Part shown: piece after piece, positions 1-9,400 of the stretch
How the letters are laid out: each line of letters starts with the position of its first letter
How positions within the stretch are numbered: the stretch's first letter is position 1
DNA from: Chloroflexota bacterium
GTDB taxonomy: Bacteria; Chloroflexota; Dormibacteria; Dormibacterales; Dormibacteraceae
Assembly: GCA_005881335.1 (NCBI GenBank)
Contig: VBFV01000070.1
Location: 1-45,982 of the forward strand
Length of the DNA: 45,982 nucleotides
Direction of reading: 5' to 3'
The notes under the pieces: model-generated
The model's database searches: none
Seen by the model: only the letters and a program-made list of their open reading frames with translations
Told to the model about the DNA's origin: nothing
Position numbers and translations under genes: made by a program

Positions 1-15
1 TTGGATAGTTAAGAG

Positions 16-489
16 TTGGTGATAAGATCAATGGGTGTGAAGACAGACGAAAGGCGGTTTGAGCCTGGATTCGTGGCCCTGGTCACGCAGCTCAACAAGG
101 CGATCCACAGGCGCTCCTCGGAGGAGCTCCTGGGCATGCGCCTGAAGCCTTATGTGACCCTCGGCTACATCCGCGACCACCCGGGCGTGGCCCAGGGTGA
201 CCTCGAAGCGGCGATGTTCATGGATGCCAACGCCGTCGTGCTGCTGCTGAACGAGCTGGAAACGGCTCGCTACGTGGTCAGGAGGCGGGACCCGCAGGAT
301 CGCCGCCGACACATCGTCGAGCTGACCACGGCAGGCAGACACGCGCGGGAGCGGGCAGACAGGGCACGTGAAGGGCTCGAGGACGAGGTTCTGTCCGGCA
401 TCTCACCCGAGGAGCGAAAGACGCTGCGTCGCCTGCTGGAGAGGATCCTCGACAGTCTGCTGCAACCGGCGTCCGAAGCCCGAGCCTGA
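16..489 (+). CDS. MarR family transcriptional regulator
   Basis: 157-aa ORF with a MarR-type winged-helix pattern (LGYIRDHPGVAQGDLEAAMFMDANAVVLLLNELETARYVVRRRDPQDRRR..VELTTAG). The ORF opens with TTG at 16. ATG at 31 is an equally plausible start. Confidence 0.8.
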   Translation: MVIRSMGVKTDERRFEPGFVALVTQLNKAIHRRSSEELLGMRLKPYVTLGYIRDHPGVAQGDLEAAMFMDANAVVLLLNELETARYVVRRRDPQDRRRHIVELTTAGRHARERADRAREGLEDEVLSGISPEERKTLRRLLERILDSLLQPASEARA

Positions 490-493
490 CCTG

Positions 494-1084
494 CTAGCGC
501 CCTGCAAAGGCGGGGATGACGTAGACGAGAAGGACGACGAAGATCACGGCCATGTAGACGTAGACGCCCGGGCGCTGGAAAAGCCCTAGCCCTGGGTCCG
601 CCGGGGGCCTGACACTTGACCCAGGTTCGGGCGCGGGCAGTGACGTGAGCTTGCGGAGGTTGATCAGGTTGACCAGCGCCGTGACCGGCGCGATGAAGAA
701 CGAGAACACGCCGAGCCAGCCCCGGAGCAGCGTCGCGTTGGTCATCTGCCGCCACACGTGCAGGCCACAGTCGTGGCAAAACGGGCCCTTCACGTTCTTG
801 AAGGTCATCAGGATCAGATAGCCGTTGTGCTCGTACACCGTCATCGGGACCGCCGGGGTCGATCCGCAGAAACGGCACCGTATGACCCCGGGCTGCGCGT
901 AAGGCACATATGGCATGGCCGGCGCGCCCGCCGCCGCGCGCGCCGCGGCGGACGCCTCGTCGGGGGTGCGACCGGCCTCGAGCGCCTGCATCGCGGCGTC
1001 GAGAGCCATACGCCGGCGCGACTCATCGCCGCCAATCTGAGTCGCAACCCACTCCGCCCACAGGCGGCGGTTGTCCTCGCCCAC
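494..1084 (-). CDS. hypothetical membrane protein with a CxxC...CxxC zinc-ribbon
   Basis: 196-aa ORF with CRFCG...CHDCG motifs followed by two hydrophobic helices (GWLGVFSFFIAPVTALVNLI and VYVYMAVIFVVLLVYVIPAF). I do not recognise a named family. Confidence 0.5.
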   Translation of the reverse strand: MGEDNRRLWAEWVATQIGGDESRRRMALDAAMQALEAGRTPDEASAAARAAAGAPAMPYVPYAQPGVIRCRFCGSTPAVPMTVYEHNGYLILMTFKNVKGPFCHDCGLHVWRQMTNATLLRGWLGVFSFFIAPVTALVNLINLRKLTSLPAPEPGSSVRPPADPGLGLFQRPGVYVYMAVIFVVLLVYVIPAFAGR

Positions 1085-1104
1085 CGCTTGCTAGCTTAAT
1101 TCGA

Positions 1105-2268
1105 CTAGTTGAGACGCTCCACGATCATGGCCATGCCCTGGCCGCCGCCCACGCACATCGTCTCCAGGCCGAACGTCTTGTCCCGCTCGCGCAGGCCGTT
1201 GAGCAGCGTGCACAGGATGCGGGCGCCGGTCATGCCAAATGGGTGACCGAGCGCGATCGCGCCTCCGTGAGGGTTCAGCTTGTCGCCGAATGGGTCGACG
1301 CCGATGCCCCGCGCGGATGGGATGACCTGGGCAGCGAAGGCCTCGTTGATCTCCACGATGTCGATGTCGTCGATCGTCATCTTCGCTCGCTTCAACGCCT
1401 GCTTGGAAGCATCGATCGGACCAAGGCCCATGAATTCCGGCTCGAGCGCGGACAGGCCCGTCGCGACGACACGCGCGATCGGCTTGAGACCGAGCTCCTT
1501 GGCTCGACGGTCGGACATCACGACCACCGCCGCGGCTCCATCGTTGAGCGGGCATGAATTGCCCGCCGTGACGGTCCCGTTCTCCCGAAATGCGGGCTGC
1601 AGCGTGGCGAGGACTTCCACCGTCGTGCCCGCCCTCGGCCCATCGTCCTTGGTGAACACCTGGCCGTTGGGCAGCGGCACCGGGATGATCTCGCGCTCGA
1701 AAAATCCGTCGTCGCGCGCTTTGACCGCTGCGGTCTGGCTCTTGACCGCGTAGCGGTCCTGCTCCTCGCGGCTGATCTTCTCCCTCGCAGCGACGTTCTC
1801 GGCGGTCTGGCCCATGGCGATGTAGATGTCGGGATACTCCTCGGTGTTCCCGGGCACGAGCTTTGGGTTGTAGGTGTCCGGCGGGTCGGGATAGCCGCTG
1901 CCGTAGCGCGAGACGCACTCGACCCCGACCGAAAGAAACGCGTCACCTTCGCCCGCTTCGATTGCATGCGCAGCCATGCGCGTGGTCATCAGCGAGGAGG
2001 AGCAGTAGCGGTTGACCGTCACCCCGGGGACGTCCAGCCGGGCGAGGATGGAGACCACCCGCCCGATGTTGTGTCCCTGCTCGCCACCCGGGAGGCCGCA
2101 TCCGCAGATGAGGTCTTCGATCTGCGTCGGGTCCAGCGCGGGGACCTTGTCGAGGACTTTGGTGACCACGTGGGCAGCCAGGTCGTCTGGGCGGATGTCG
2201 ACCAGGGAACCCTTCCGAGCCCGCCCGATGGGGGAGCGGCCATACGCCACGATCACGGCTTCGATCAT
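1105..2268 (-). CDS. acetyl-CoA C-acetyltransferase (thiolase)
   Basis: 387 aa. Thiolase hallmarks: active-site Cys context NRYCSSSL, NEAFAAQ, and C-terminal CVGGGQGMAMIVE. Confidence 0.9.
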   Translation of the reverse strand: MIEAVIVAYGRSPIGRARKGSLVDIRPDDLAAHVVTKVLDKVPALDPTQIEDLICGCGLPGGEQGHNIGRVVSILARLDVPGVTVNRYCSSSLMTTRMAAHAIEAGEGDAFLSVGVECVSRYGSGYPDPPDTYNPKLVPGNTEEYPDIYIAMGQTAENVAAREKISREEQDRYAVKSQTAAVKARDDGFFEREIIPVPLPNGQVFTKDDGPRAGTTVEVLATLQPAFRENGTVTAGNSCPLNDGAAAVVVMSDRRAKELGLKPIARVVATGLSALEPEFMGLGPIDASKQALKRAKMTIDDIDIVEINEAFAAQVIPSARGIGVDPFGDKLNPHGGAIALGHPFGMTGARILCTLLNGLRERDKTFGLETMCVGGGQGMAMIVERLN

Positions 2269-2293
2269 GGGACGGTTATACGCCGAACGAGCA

Positions 2294-2593
2294 CTAGCGA
2301 TCTCTGGCGGAAAGAACGTAAATGAGGAAGGCGCCGAACAGCGTCGCCATGGCGACGAACCCGAAGATCGGGTTCACGTGCATCGAGCCCAGCACGATCA
2401 TGACCACCATCAGCACCGGCAGGTACAGCGCGCCGGTGATCTCGAGCACGCGGATCTCGCACATCCGTTGCCGCCATCCTTCCTGGATCAATTCGCGCGG
2501 CAGCGGCTCGTCGACGTCGAGCGGATGGAAGATCGAGTACATGCTCCTTCGCTCGAGGCTGCGAAGGTCCCTCTCCTGCAGGTGACGTCCCAT
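2294..2593 (-). CDS. hypothetical small membrane protein
   Basis: 99-aa ORF in the same orientation as its neighbours, with two hydrophobic segments (ALYLPVLMVVMIVLGS and GFVAMATLFGAFLIYVL). The start is uncertain; an internal Met at residue 18 is also possible. Confidence 0.4.
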   Translation of the reverse strand: MGRHLQERDLRSLERRSMYSIFHPLDVDEPLPRELIQEGWRQRMCEIRVLEITGALYLPVLMVVMIVLGSMHVNPIFGFVAMATLFGAFLIYVLSARDR

Positions 2594-2626
2594 CGCTACT
2601 GATAACAGTCTGCCACCGTGGGCCGG

Positions 2627-3763
2627 TTACGAGCGGATCAGAAGCGCCTCTCTGGTGAAGAGCCTCAACGCCGCGTAAAAGCACAGCGCCCCGAGGAGAA
2701 GGAGGCTGGCCGAGGTCACGATCAGGGAGCTCCAGGCGACCGCGCTGTGGACGATCGCATCGCGCAGCACCAGCACGGCGTTGAGGATCGGGATCAGGTA
2801 GTAAGCGAGACTCGGATTGAAATCCGGGATGAACAGCACGATCGAGGCGGGGAAGATGGTGATGAAGTAGAGAGGCGTCGCGTATGCCTGACCCTGCCGA
2901 AAGTTGCGAGCCAGGGTCCCGAGTGCGATGGTCACCGAGCTGAACGATGCCGCCAGCAGCACGGCGAGCCAGATCATCACGATGGCCGCCAGCGGGCTGA
3001 GGTCGACCGGGAAGGCGCTGCCCTCACGCCCCCCAAACTGGATCTGGCTGAGCGCCACCAGCATCGAGGCGATGGCGGCCAGGGCTGCTGTCAGGCTGAT
3101 CACCGAAACGGCCAGGATCTTGCCGACCAGCACATGGCTGCGGGGCGCGGGGGTCAGGAGCAGGCTCTCCAGCGTCCTTCGCTCGCGTTCGCCGGCGGAG
3201 GTATCGAGCGCCGCGGACAGTCCGCCGGTCAGGCTCATCGTGATCAGGATGTAAGGCAGGAAGAAGCTCAGGAAAGAGTTCCCGGCCGCTTTGACCGGCG
3301 AGCTCAGCGGATGCACGTTGACGGGAAGAGGGTTGAGGATCGAAGGGTCGACTCCCTTCTGCTGCAGCGAGGCGGCGATCTTCGCGGCGTCGTACTTGGC
3401 CAGGATCGTCTGGACCCTGATGTCGGCGATCTGGGCGCTTTGCCGAGTCGGGTCGTAGTACTCATCGATCCCTGCCGGTGTGAAAACGATCCCGATGTCG
3501 ACCTGCCGCTTGGCCGCCGCCGCGGGGTCGTCGACGCGTTCGAGCCTGAGTCCCGTGGCGCCGAACAGGACGTCCAGGCCGGCTGGAATGTCGCCCGAGT
3601 AGCCGACGGTATAGGTCTGGGTCGCCGTTCGTGTCGAAACCTGGGAGATCACAAACAGCACGGTTGGTGTCGCCAGGACTGCGAGTGCAATCGCGATCAG
3701 CGTGCGGCGGTCGCGGAGGATCTCGCGGATCTCCTTCCTGAACACGATGCCCACCGAGCTCAC
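2627..3763 (-). CDS. ABC-2 type transporter permease (NatB-like)
   Basis: ORF 2627..3883 trimmed to a GTG at 3763 that overlaps the upstream ATPase stop (GTGA). N-terminus VSSVGIVFRKEIREILRDRRTLI, ABC-2 motif ERERRTLESLLLTPAP, a large extracytoplasmic loop and C-terminal TM helices. Confidence 0.8.
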   Translation of the reverse strand: MSSVGIVFRKEIREILRDRRTLIAIALAVLATPTVLFVISQVSTRTATQTYTVGYSGDIPAGLDVLFGATGLRLERVDDPAAAAKRQVDIGIVFTPAGIDEYYDPTRQSAQIADIRVQTILAKYDAAKIAASLQQKGVDPSILNPLPVNVHPLSSPVKAAGNSFLSFFLPYILITMSLTGGLSAALDTSAGERERRTLESLLLTPAPRSHVLVGKILAVSVISLTAALAAIASMLVALSQIQFGGREGSAFPVDLSPLAAIVMIWLAVLLAASFSSVTIALGTLARNFRQGQAYATPLYFITIFPASIVLFIPDFNPSLAYYLIPILNAVLVLRDAIVHSAVAWSSLIVTSASLLLLGALCFYAALRLFTREALLIRS

Positions 3764-4488
3764 GTCGCCGCCTCGACGAGGGAGAGAAATGCGTCCTCGA
3801 GGTCGCGGTATTTGCCGCGCACCTCCTCGGTCTTGCCGTTCGCGACGACGCGCCCCTGGTGGATGATCGTGATCCTGTCGCATAACCGCTCAGCGTCGTG
3901 CAGCACGTGTGTCGAGAAGATGACGCATTTGCCGCGGCCCTTCGATTCGACCATGAACTCGCGGATCTCGCGCGAGGCGAGGACATCGAGGTTGGAGGTT
4001 GGCTCGTCGAACATCAACACAGGTGGGTCGTGCACGATCGCCCGCGCGATGGCGACTTTCTGTTTCTGGCCCGACGACAGACTTTCGGCCCTCTGCCGCG
4101 CGAATGAGCTCATATCGAGACGCTCGATGACTGCGTCGACTTTCCGGTTGAGCTCACCGTCCATCACGCCGCTCAGCTCGGCGAAGTAGGCGATGTTCTC
4201 GCGTGCCGTCAGGCGTGGGTAGACGCCGAACTCCGCGGTCACGACGCCGACCCTGCGCCGCACCTCTTGGGGCGCCATTCGGGTGTCGTGGCCCAGCACG
4301 CCGACCGAGCCGGCGTCCGGTGCAAGCAGCGTGCAGATGACACGCAGGGTGGTGGTCTTGCCCGCGCCGTTGGGTCCGAGGAGGCCGAAGATCTCGCCCG
4401 CGGCCGCCTCGAACGAGATGCCGCGGAGCACCTTGTTGGTCTGGAGGGTCTTTTCGAGGCGGTCAACCTTGACCGCCGGATCGGTCAC
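3760..4488 (-). CDS. ABC transporter ATP-binding protein (NatA-like)
   Basis: ORF 3760..4779 trimmed to the GTG at 4488 (VTDPAVKVDRLEKT...), which overlaps the upstream gene stop as GTGA. Walker A GPNGAGKTT, signature LSSGQKQKV, Walker B VLMFDEPTS. The ORF residues upstream of this GTG are the alternate-frame reading of the neighbouring repeat. Confidence 0.9.
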   Translation of the reverse strand: MTDPAVKVDRLEKTLQTNKVLRGISFEAAAGEIFGLLGPNGAGKTTTLRVICTLLAPDAGSVGVLGHDTRMAPQEVRRRVGVVTAEFGVYPRLTARENIAYFAELSGVMDGELNRKVDAVIERLDMSSFARQRAESLSSGQKQKVAIARAIVHDPPVLMFDEPTSNLDVLASREIREFMVESKGRGKCVIFSTHVLHDAERLCDRITIIHQGRVVANGKTEEVRGKYRDLEDAFLSLVEAAT

Positions 4489-4904
4489 TTCTTTTTGGGG
4501 ACTCGCCTCGTCGCGGTGGACGTCGGTTTGCCGCCTCTCGCGGCAGGCTTGGCGGTCTTCTTGGCACGCGCGGGTTTTGGCCTGGCGGGCGCGGCCTTTG
4601 GCTTGGCGGGCGCGGCCTTTGGCTTGGCGGGCGCGGCCTTTGGCTTGGCGGGCGCTTTTGCCTTGACCGGCGCAGCCGTCTCGACCGGCTCTTCCACCGC
4701 GACGGGTGCCTCGACGGCGACGGGTTCGGCGGACGCGACGCCGACTGAGCTCGACAGGGTCCGGTGGCAGGTTTCGCACGTCACGATGCTTCGGACCAGG
4801 GTGCCGAGCTGGTGCTCTTCCCGGCGGAGGTTGCGGGGTCGACCGCAGAACGAGCAGTAGCCCGTCTCGATCGTGACCCTCACCTGGCCAGGTCGCTTGT
4901 TCAT
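4485..4904 (-). CDS. zinc-ribbon protein with a Lys/Ala/Pro-rich repeat tail (histone-H1-like)
   Basis: 139 aa. Two CxxC pairs (CSFCG, CETCH). The C-terminal tail reads AKAPAKPKAAPAKPKAAPAKPKAAPARPKPARAKKTAKPAARGGKP...VPKKK. First gene of a minus-strand string coupled to the ABC ATPase by a GTGA overlap. Confidence 0.65.
   Translation of the reverse strand: MNKRPGQVRVTIETGYCSFCGRPRNLRREEHQLGTLVRSIVTCETCHRTLSSSVGVASAEPVAVEAPVAVEEPVETAAPVKAKAPAKPKAAPAKPKAAPAKPKAAPARPKPARAKKTAKPAARGGKPTSTATRRVPKKK
4570..4653. repeat. 21-bp in-frame tandem repeat (3 perfect copies plus 1 degenerate copy)
   Basis: The unit gcggcctttggcttggcgggc starts at 4591, 4612 and 4633 (period 21). A degenerate copy lies at 4570-4590. 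On the minus strand it encodes AKPKAAP x3 in the zinc-ribbon protein. Confidence 0.9.
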
Positions 4905-4990
4905 CGCCCGCCTAAGTTACCGGTTGTTGCTAGACTTTCGCCCGAAGTCCTTTAAGTCCGGGCCGGTGAGCCTGGGAAGGAGGTTTTTTC

Positions 4991-5917
4991 ATGGCCGTCG
5001 GGTCCCGACTCCGTCATGTAGTCGAGAGTCAGCAGTTCTCACGCGCTCTCCTGGAAGAGCTTTTCGTTCGCTCCGAGGAGATGAAGCGCGAGCCGCACCA
5101 CTTCATTGGACGGCTCGCGGGCCAGGTGATGGCCGCTCTTTTCTACGAACCCTCGACCAGGACCCGACTCTCTTTCGAGGCGGCCATGCTGCGCCTCGGT
5201 GGGACGACGATGGGTACCGACAACGCCCGCGAATTCTCATCCGCGGCGAAGGGCGAGACGCTCGAGGACACGATCCGCATCGTCAGCGGATACGCCGACG
5301 TCATTGTGGTGCGGCACAAAGAGGAAGGCGCCGCCAAGCGCGCTGCAGCGGTGAGCGCGGTGCCGATCATCAACGCGGGTGACGGCCCTGGCCAGCACCC
5401 GACGCAGGCGCTGCTGGACCTCTACACGATCCGTGACGAGCTCAGCAAGATCGACGGCGTCCGTGTGGCGATGGTCGGCGACCTGGCCAACGGCCGGACC
5501 GTGCGCTCGCTGACCTACCTGCTCAGCAAGTTCAAGGACATCAAGCTCTGGTTTGTAGCTCCGCCCCAGGTTGCGATGGGCGACGACCTGAAAGCGCATC
5601 TGGACGAGCACCATGTGCCGTGGGTCGAGACAGAGGATCTCAACGCGGTGCTGCCGGACGTCGACGTGGTGTACATGACCCGGATCCAGAAGGAGCGATT
5701 CACAGACCCCGAGGCGTACAACGCGGTGAAGGGTGTCTACCGGATGGACAAGGCGTCGATGACGCTGATGCGCAAGTACGCGATCCTCATGCACCCGCTG
5801 CCGCGGGTCGACGAGATCGCGCCCGAGGTCGATGAGGATCCGCGAGCGGCATATTTCCGGCAGGCCCGCAATGGCCTGCACATCCGCATGGCCCTCCTCG
5901 ACAAGCTTCTGTCGTGA
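4991..5917 (+). CDS. pyrB: aspartate carbamoyltransferase catalytic subunit
   Basis: 308 aa with motifs STRTR, HPTQALLD and HPLPRV. A strong SD (GGAAGGAGG) lies 7 nt upstream of the ATG. Confidence 0.95.
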   Translation: MAVGSRLRHVVESQQFSRALLEELFVRSEEMKREPHHFIGRLAGQVMAALFYEPSTRTRLSFEAAMLRLGGTTMGTDNAREFSSAAKGETLEDTIRIVSGYADVIVVRHKEEGAAKRAAAVSAVPIINAGDGPGQHPTQALLDLYTIRDELSKIDGVRVAMVGDLANGRTVRSLTYLLSKFKDIKLWFVAPPQVAMGDDLKAHLDEHHVPWVETEDLNAVLPDVDVVYMTRIQKERFTDPEAYNAVKGVYRMDKASMTLMRKYAILMHPLPRVDEIAPEVDEDPRAAYFRQARNGLHIRMALLDKLLS

Positions 5918-6462
5918 GCGTCACCGAAGGACGCCTCAAAGCCACGGTCATGGACGCGGACCAGATCCGCCGCTCGCTTTCGCGCATCGCCCATGAGATC
6001 GTGGAGCGCAATCGCGGCGTCGAGGGCGTGGTGCTCGTCGGCGTCGTCAGCAAGGGCGACGTTCTAGCGCAGCGCCTCGCCCAGATCCTGACCACGCTCG
6101 AGAAGAGTCCGGTCCTTTTCGGCCGGCTCGACGTGACGCTGCACCGCGACGATCTGCACCTCCGGCCGCACGACGGCCACCGGTCGGGAAGCGACCTGCC
6201 CGACATCGGCGGCAAGGTCGTGGTGCTGGTCGACGATGTGATCCATCACGGCCGCACAGCGCGAGCGGCGATGGATGCGCTGATGGACTTCGGGCGTCCC
6301 CGCGCGATCCAGCTGGCGGTCCTGGTCGACAGGGGCCACCGCGAGCTGCCGATCCGGCCCGACTATGTCGGCAAAAACGTCCCGACCGCCGATTCAGAGC
6401 GAATCGAAGTCCTCATGGCCGAGGAAGACGGAATCGACCAGGCGGTGATCGTTGCCGGCTGA
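5914..6462 (+). CDS. pyrR: bifunctional pyr operon regulator / uracil phosphoribosyltransferase PyrR
   Basis: 182 aa. PyrR-like N-terminus ([21 protein letters not shown]) and a PRPP-binding loop [17 protein letters not shown]. The GTG start overlaps the pyrB stop (GTGA). Confidence 0.9.
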   Translation: MSVTEGRLKATVMDADQIRRSLSRIAHEIVERNRGVEGVVLVGVVSKGDVLAQRLAQILTTLEKSPVLFGRLDVTLHRDDLHLRPHDGHRSGSDLPDIGGKVVVLVDDVIHHGRTARAAMDALMDFGRPRAIQLAVLVDRGHRELPIRPDYVGKNVPTADSERIEVLMAEEDGIDQAVIVAG

Positions 6463-9400
6463 GAAGACGTTTGCGGTACTCGTGCTCGAGGACGGCCGCT
6501 CCTTCGTCGGTGTGCCGCTCGGGGCCGATGCCCTGGGTCAAGGAGAGGTCGTATTCAACACCGCCATGACGGGTTACCAGGAGGTGCTGACCGACCCTTC
6601 GTATGCCGGTCAGATGGTCTGTATGACATACCCGCTGCAGGGCAACTACGGCGTGCGCGACGCCGACGCCGAATCGGCGCGTCCGTGGGCGCGCGCGCTG
6701 ATCGTGCGCTGGGCTTGCCCCGCGCCCAGCCATCACTCGAGCGAAGCGTCGCTCGACGAGTACCTGCGACGGTGGAACGTTCCGGCGATCACGGAGATCG
6801 ACACCCGTGCTCTCACGCGCCATATCCGAATCAATGGAGCGCAGCGGGCGGTCCTGGTCCATGAGCCCGCCGCCCCGACGCAGGCACGGCTCGACGAGCT
6901 CGTGGCCGCCGCGAAACGCGTGACGCCGCTTGCGGAGCAGGACCTGGTCGCCGAGACCTCGCGGACGAAACAGGAAGAGTGGCTCGAGCCGCTGCCGCCC
7001 GAGCTGCGGACCCGCCGGCGGAGCGACGGCGCCGGCCTGCTCGTGGCCGTCGTCGACTACGGCGTCAAGACCAACATCCTGCGCTCGCTTCGCGAGCGAG
7101 GCTGCCGGGTGGTCGTGATGCCTCACACCGCCACATGGGCGGACGTGCAGGCGAGCGGCGCCGACGGCCTGGTGCTGTCGAACGGACCTGGCGACCCGGC
7201 GGTGCTGGACGGGCCCGTGGAGCTGGCCCGCGCGGCGCTCGGCCGGATCCCGATGTTCGGGATCTGCCTCGGCCACCAGATCATGGGTCGGGCCGCCGGC
7301 GCGACCACGTCGCGCCTGCCGTACGGCCACCACGGGGTCAACCACCCTGTCAAAGACGCCGACACCGGCCGCGTGCACATCACCAGCCAGAACCACGAGT
7401 TCCAGGTGGACGCGGTGTCAATCCCGGCCGGCGACTTCTACGTGTCCCAGCGCAACCTCAACGACAGCTCGGTCGAGGGCCTCGGCCACCGTCGGCTGCC
7501 GGCTTTCAGCGTGCAATATCACCCCGAAGGCTGTCCTGGTCCCCAGGACAACCAGCATCTCTATGACCGGTTCATCGACATGGTGCGCAGCGGCGCGCCG
7601 GTCGCCAAGGCTGTCGCGGGAATGAAGGAGCAGCCACGGCCTCGCAAAGTACTCATCCTCGGCTCGGGGCCGATCGTGATCGGCCAAGCGGCCGAGTTTG
7701 ACTACGCCGGGACTCAGGCTTGTAAAGCGCTGCGCGAGGAAGGCATCGAGACCGTGCTCGTGAACTCCAACCCCGCGACCATCATGACCGACGAGGACGT
7801 CGCCGACCGCGTTTACCTGGAGCCGCTCACGGTCGAGGCGGTGGAAAGGATCATCGCGCGCGAGCAGCCAGACGCTCTGCTCCCCACGCTCGGTGGACAG
7901 ACCGGGCTCAACCTTGCGACCGACCTGGCCAACGCGGGCGTCCTCGAGCGGCATCACGTCCGGCTGCTGGGCGCGACCATCGACACGATTCGCAAGGCGG
8001 AAGACCGCCAGGCTTTCAAGCAGATGCTGGAAGAGATCGGCGAGCCGGTCCCGATCTCGCGGGTGTGCGAGTCGATGGAAGAAGTCAGGGACTTCGCTTT
8101 GGCGAACGGGCTTCCGCTCGTCATCCGGCCGGCCTACACGCTGGGCGGCACCGGCGGCGGTTTCGTCACCACGAAGGCCGACCTCGAGCGCGTGGCCGTC
8201 CGAGGCCTTGCCGCATCACCAATCCACCAGGTGCTCATCGAGCGCTCGCTTTGGGGCTGGAAGGAGATCGAGTACGAGGTGATGCGCGACGGCGCGGACA
8301 CGTGCATCACGGTCTGCAACATGGAGAACCTCGACCCCATGGGAGTGCATACGGGCGATTCGATCGTCGTCGCGCCGGCGCAGACGCTGTCCGACCGCGA
8401 CCACCAGATGCTGCGCTCGTCGGCGATCCGCATCATCCGCGCGCTCGGCATCGAGGGCGGCTGCAACGTGCAGTTCGCGCTGGATCCGAAGAGCTCGGAT
8501 TACTACGTGATCGAGGTGAACCCACGGGTCAGCCGCTCGTCGGCGTTGGCGTCGAAGGCGACCGGTTACCCGATCGCGCGCGTGGCCGCCAAGGTCGCCG
8601 TCGGCAGGCGGCTGGAGGAAATCCGCAACGAGGTCACCGGCCGCACCTTCGCGGCCTTCGAGCCCGCGCTCGACTACTGCGTCGTCAAGATCCCGCGCTG
8701 GCCGTTCGACAAGTTCCCCGCGGGTGACCGCAGGCTCGGCACTCAGATGGCGTCGACGGGCGAGGTGATGGCGGTCGAGCGCACTTTCGAGGCGGCGCTC
8801 ATCAAAGCCATGAGGTCGCTCGAGCAGAAGCCGCCGGTGGCGTGGGAGCTCGGCCCGGAGACGATCGACCAGCCCAACGACCGCCGCCTGTTCGCCCTCC
8901 TGGACGCGCTGCGCAACGGCGCCGATGCGGAGTCACTGGCGGAAAGGAGCCGCATCGACAGGTGGTTCATCGACCGGCTGGCCAGCCTCGTGCGGCTGGA
9001 GGTCGAAGGCGACGTTCGCGAGCTCAGGCGGGCCGGATTCTCCGACTCCATGATCGCGGCGCTGCGCGGCGATGCCGTTCCACCATCCACACCAACCTAC
9101 AAGCTCGTCGATACGTGCGCCGGCGAGTTCGAGGCGGCGACGCCCTACTACTACTCGTGCTGGGAGGAGGAGACTGAATCGACCCCGGTCGCGACGCAGA
9201 CCGTGATCGTCATCGGATCGGGCCCGATTCGGATCGGCCAGGGAATCGAGTTCGACTACTGCTCCGTCCACGCCGCATGGGCCTTGCGCGACTCCGGCGT
9301 GCGCGCCGTGCTCGTCAACTCCAACCCCGAGACGGTGTCGACCGACTTCGACACCTCCGACCGCCTTTACTTCGAGCCGCTCGACCTCGACGGCGCTCTG

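Noticed and set aside
1085-1104. AT-rich spacer with CTAG-containing mini-palindromes (gctagcttaattcgactagt) between the thiolase gene and the downstream gene
   Set aside because: It is only 20 bp with arms of 4 bp, too short to support a terminator or operator call.
2618-4189. 523-aa plus-strand ORF opposite the ABC permease and ATPase genes. Similar long shadow ORFs include 8933..9880 (minus), 11513..13108 (minus), 10895..12442 (5' part) and 15600..16676 (minus).
   Set aside because: They show no recognisable motifs and have Arg/Asp/Gly-rich composition. Each overlaps a gene with strong family signatures on the other strand or frame, so they are high-GC shadow ORFs.
4570-4653. Short regularly spaced repeats that could be mistaken for a mini CRISPR array or a VNTR in non-coding DNA
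   Set aside because: The period is 21 bp with no spacers. The repeats lie entirely inside an ORF and are in frame (AKPKAAP x3). There are no cas genes in the window.
4940-4990. A confident PyrR-binding attenuator call in the pyrB leader
   Set aside because: Only AAGUCC and a purine-rich GGGAAGGAGG resemble the ARUCCAGAGAGGYU consensus, and no terminator with a U-tract follows. I kept it only as a low-interest hypothesis inside the pyr finding.
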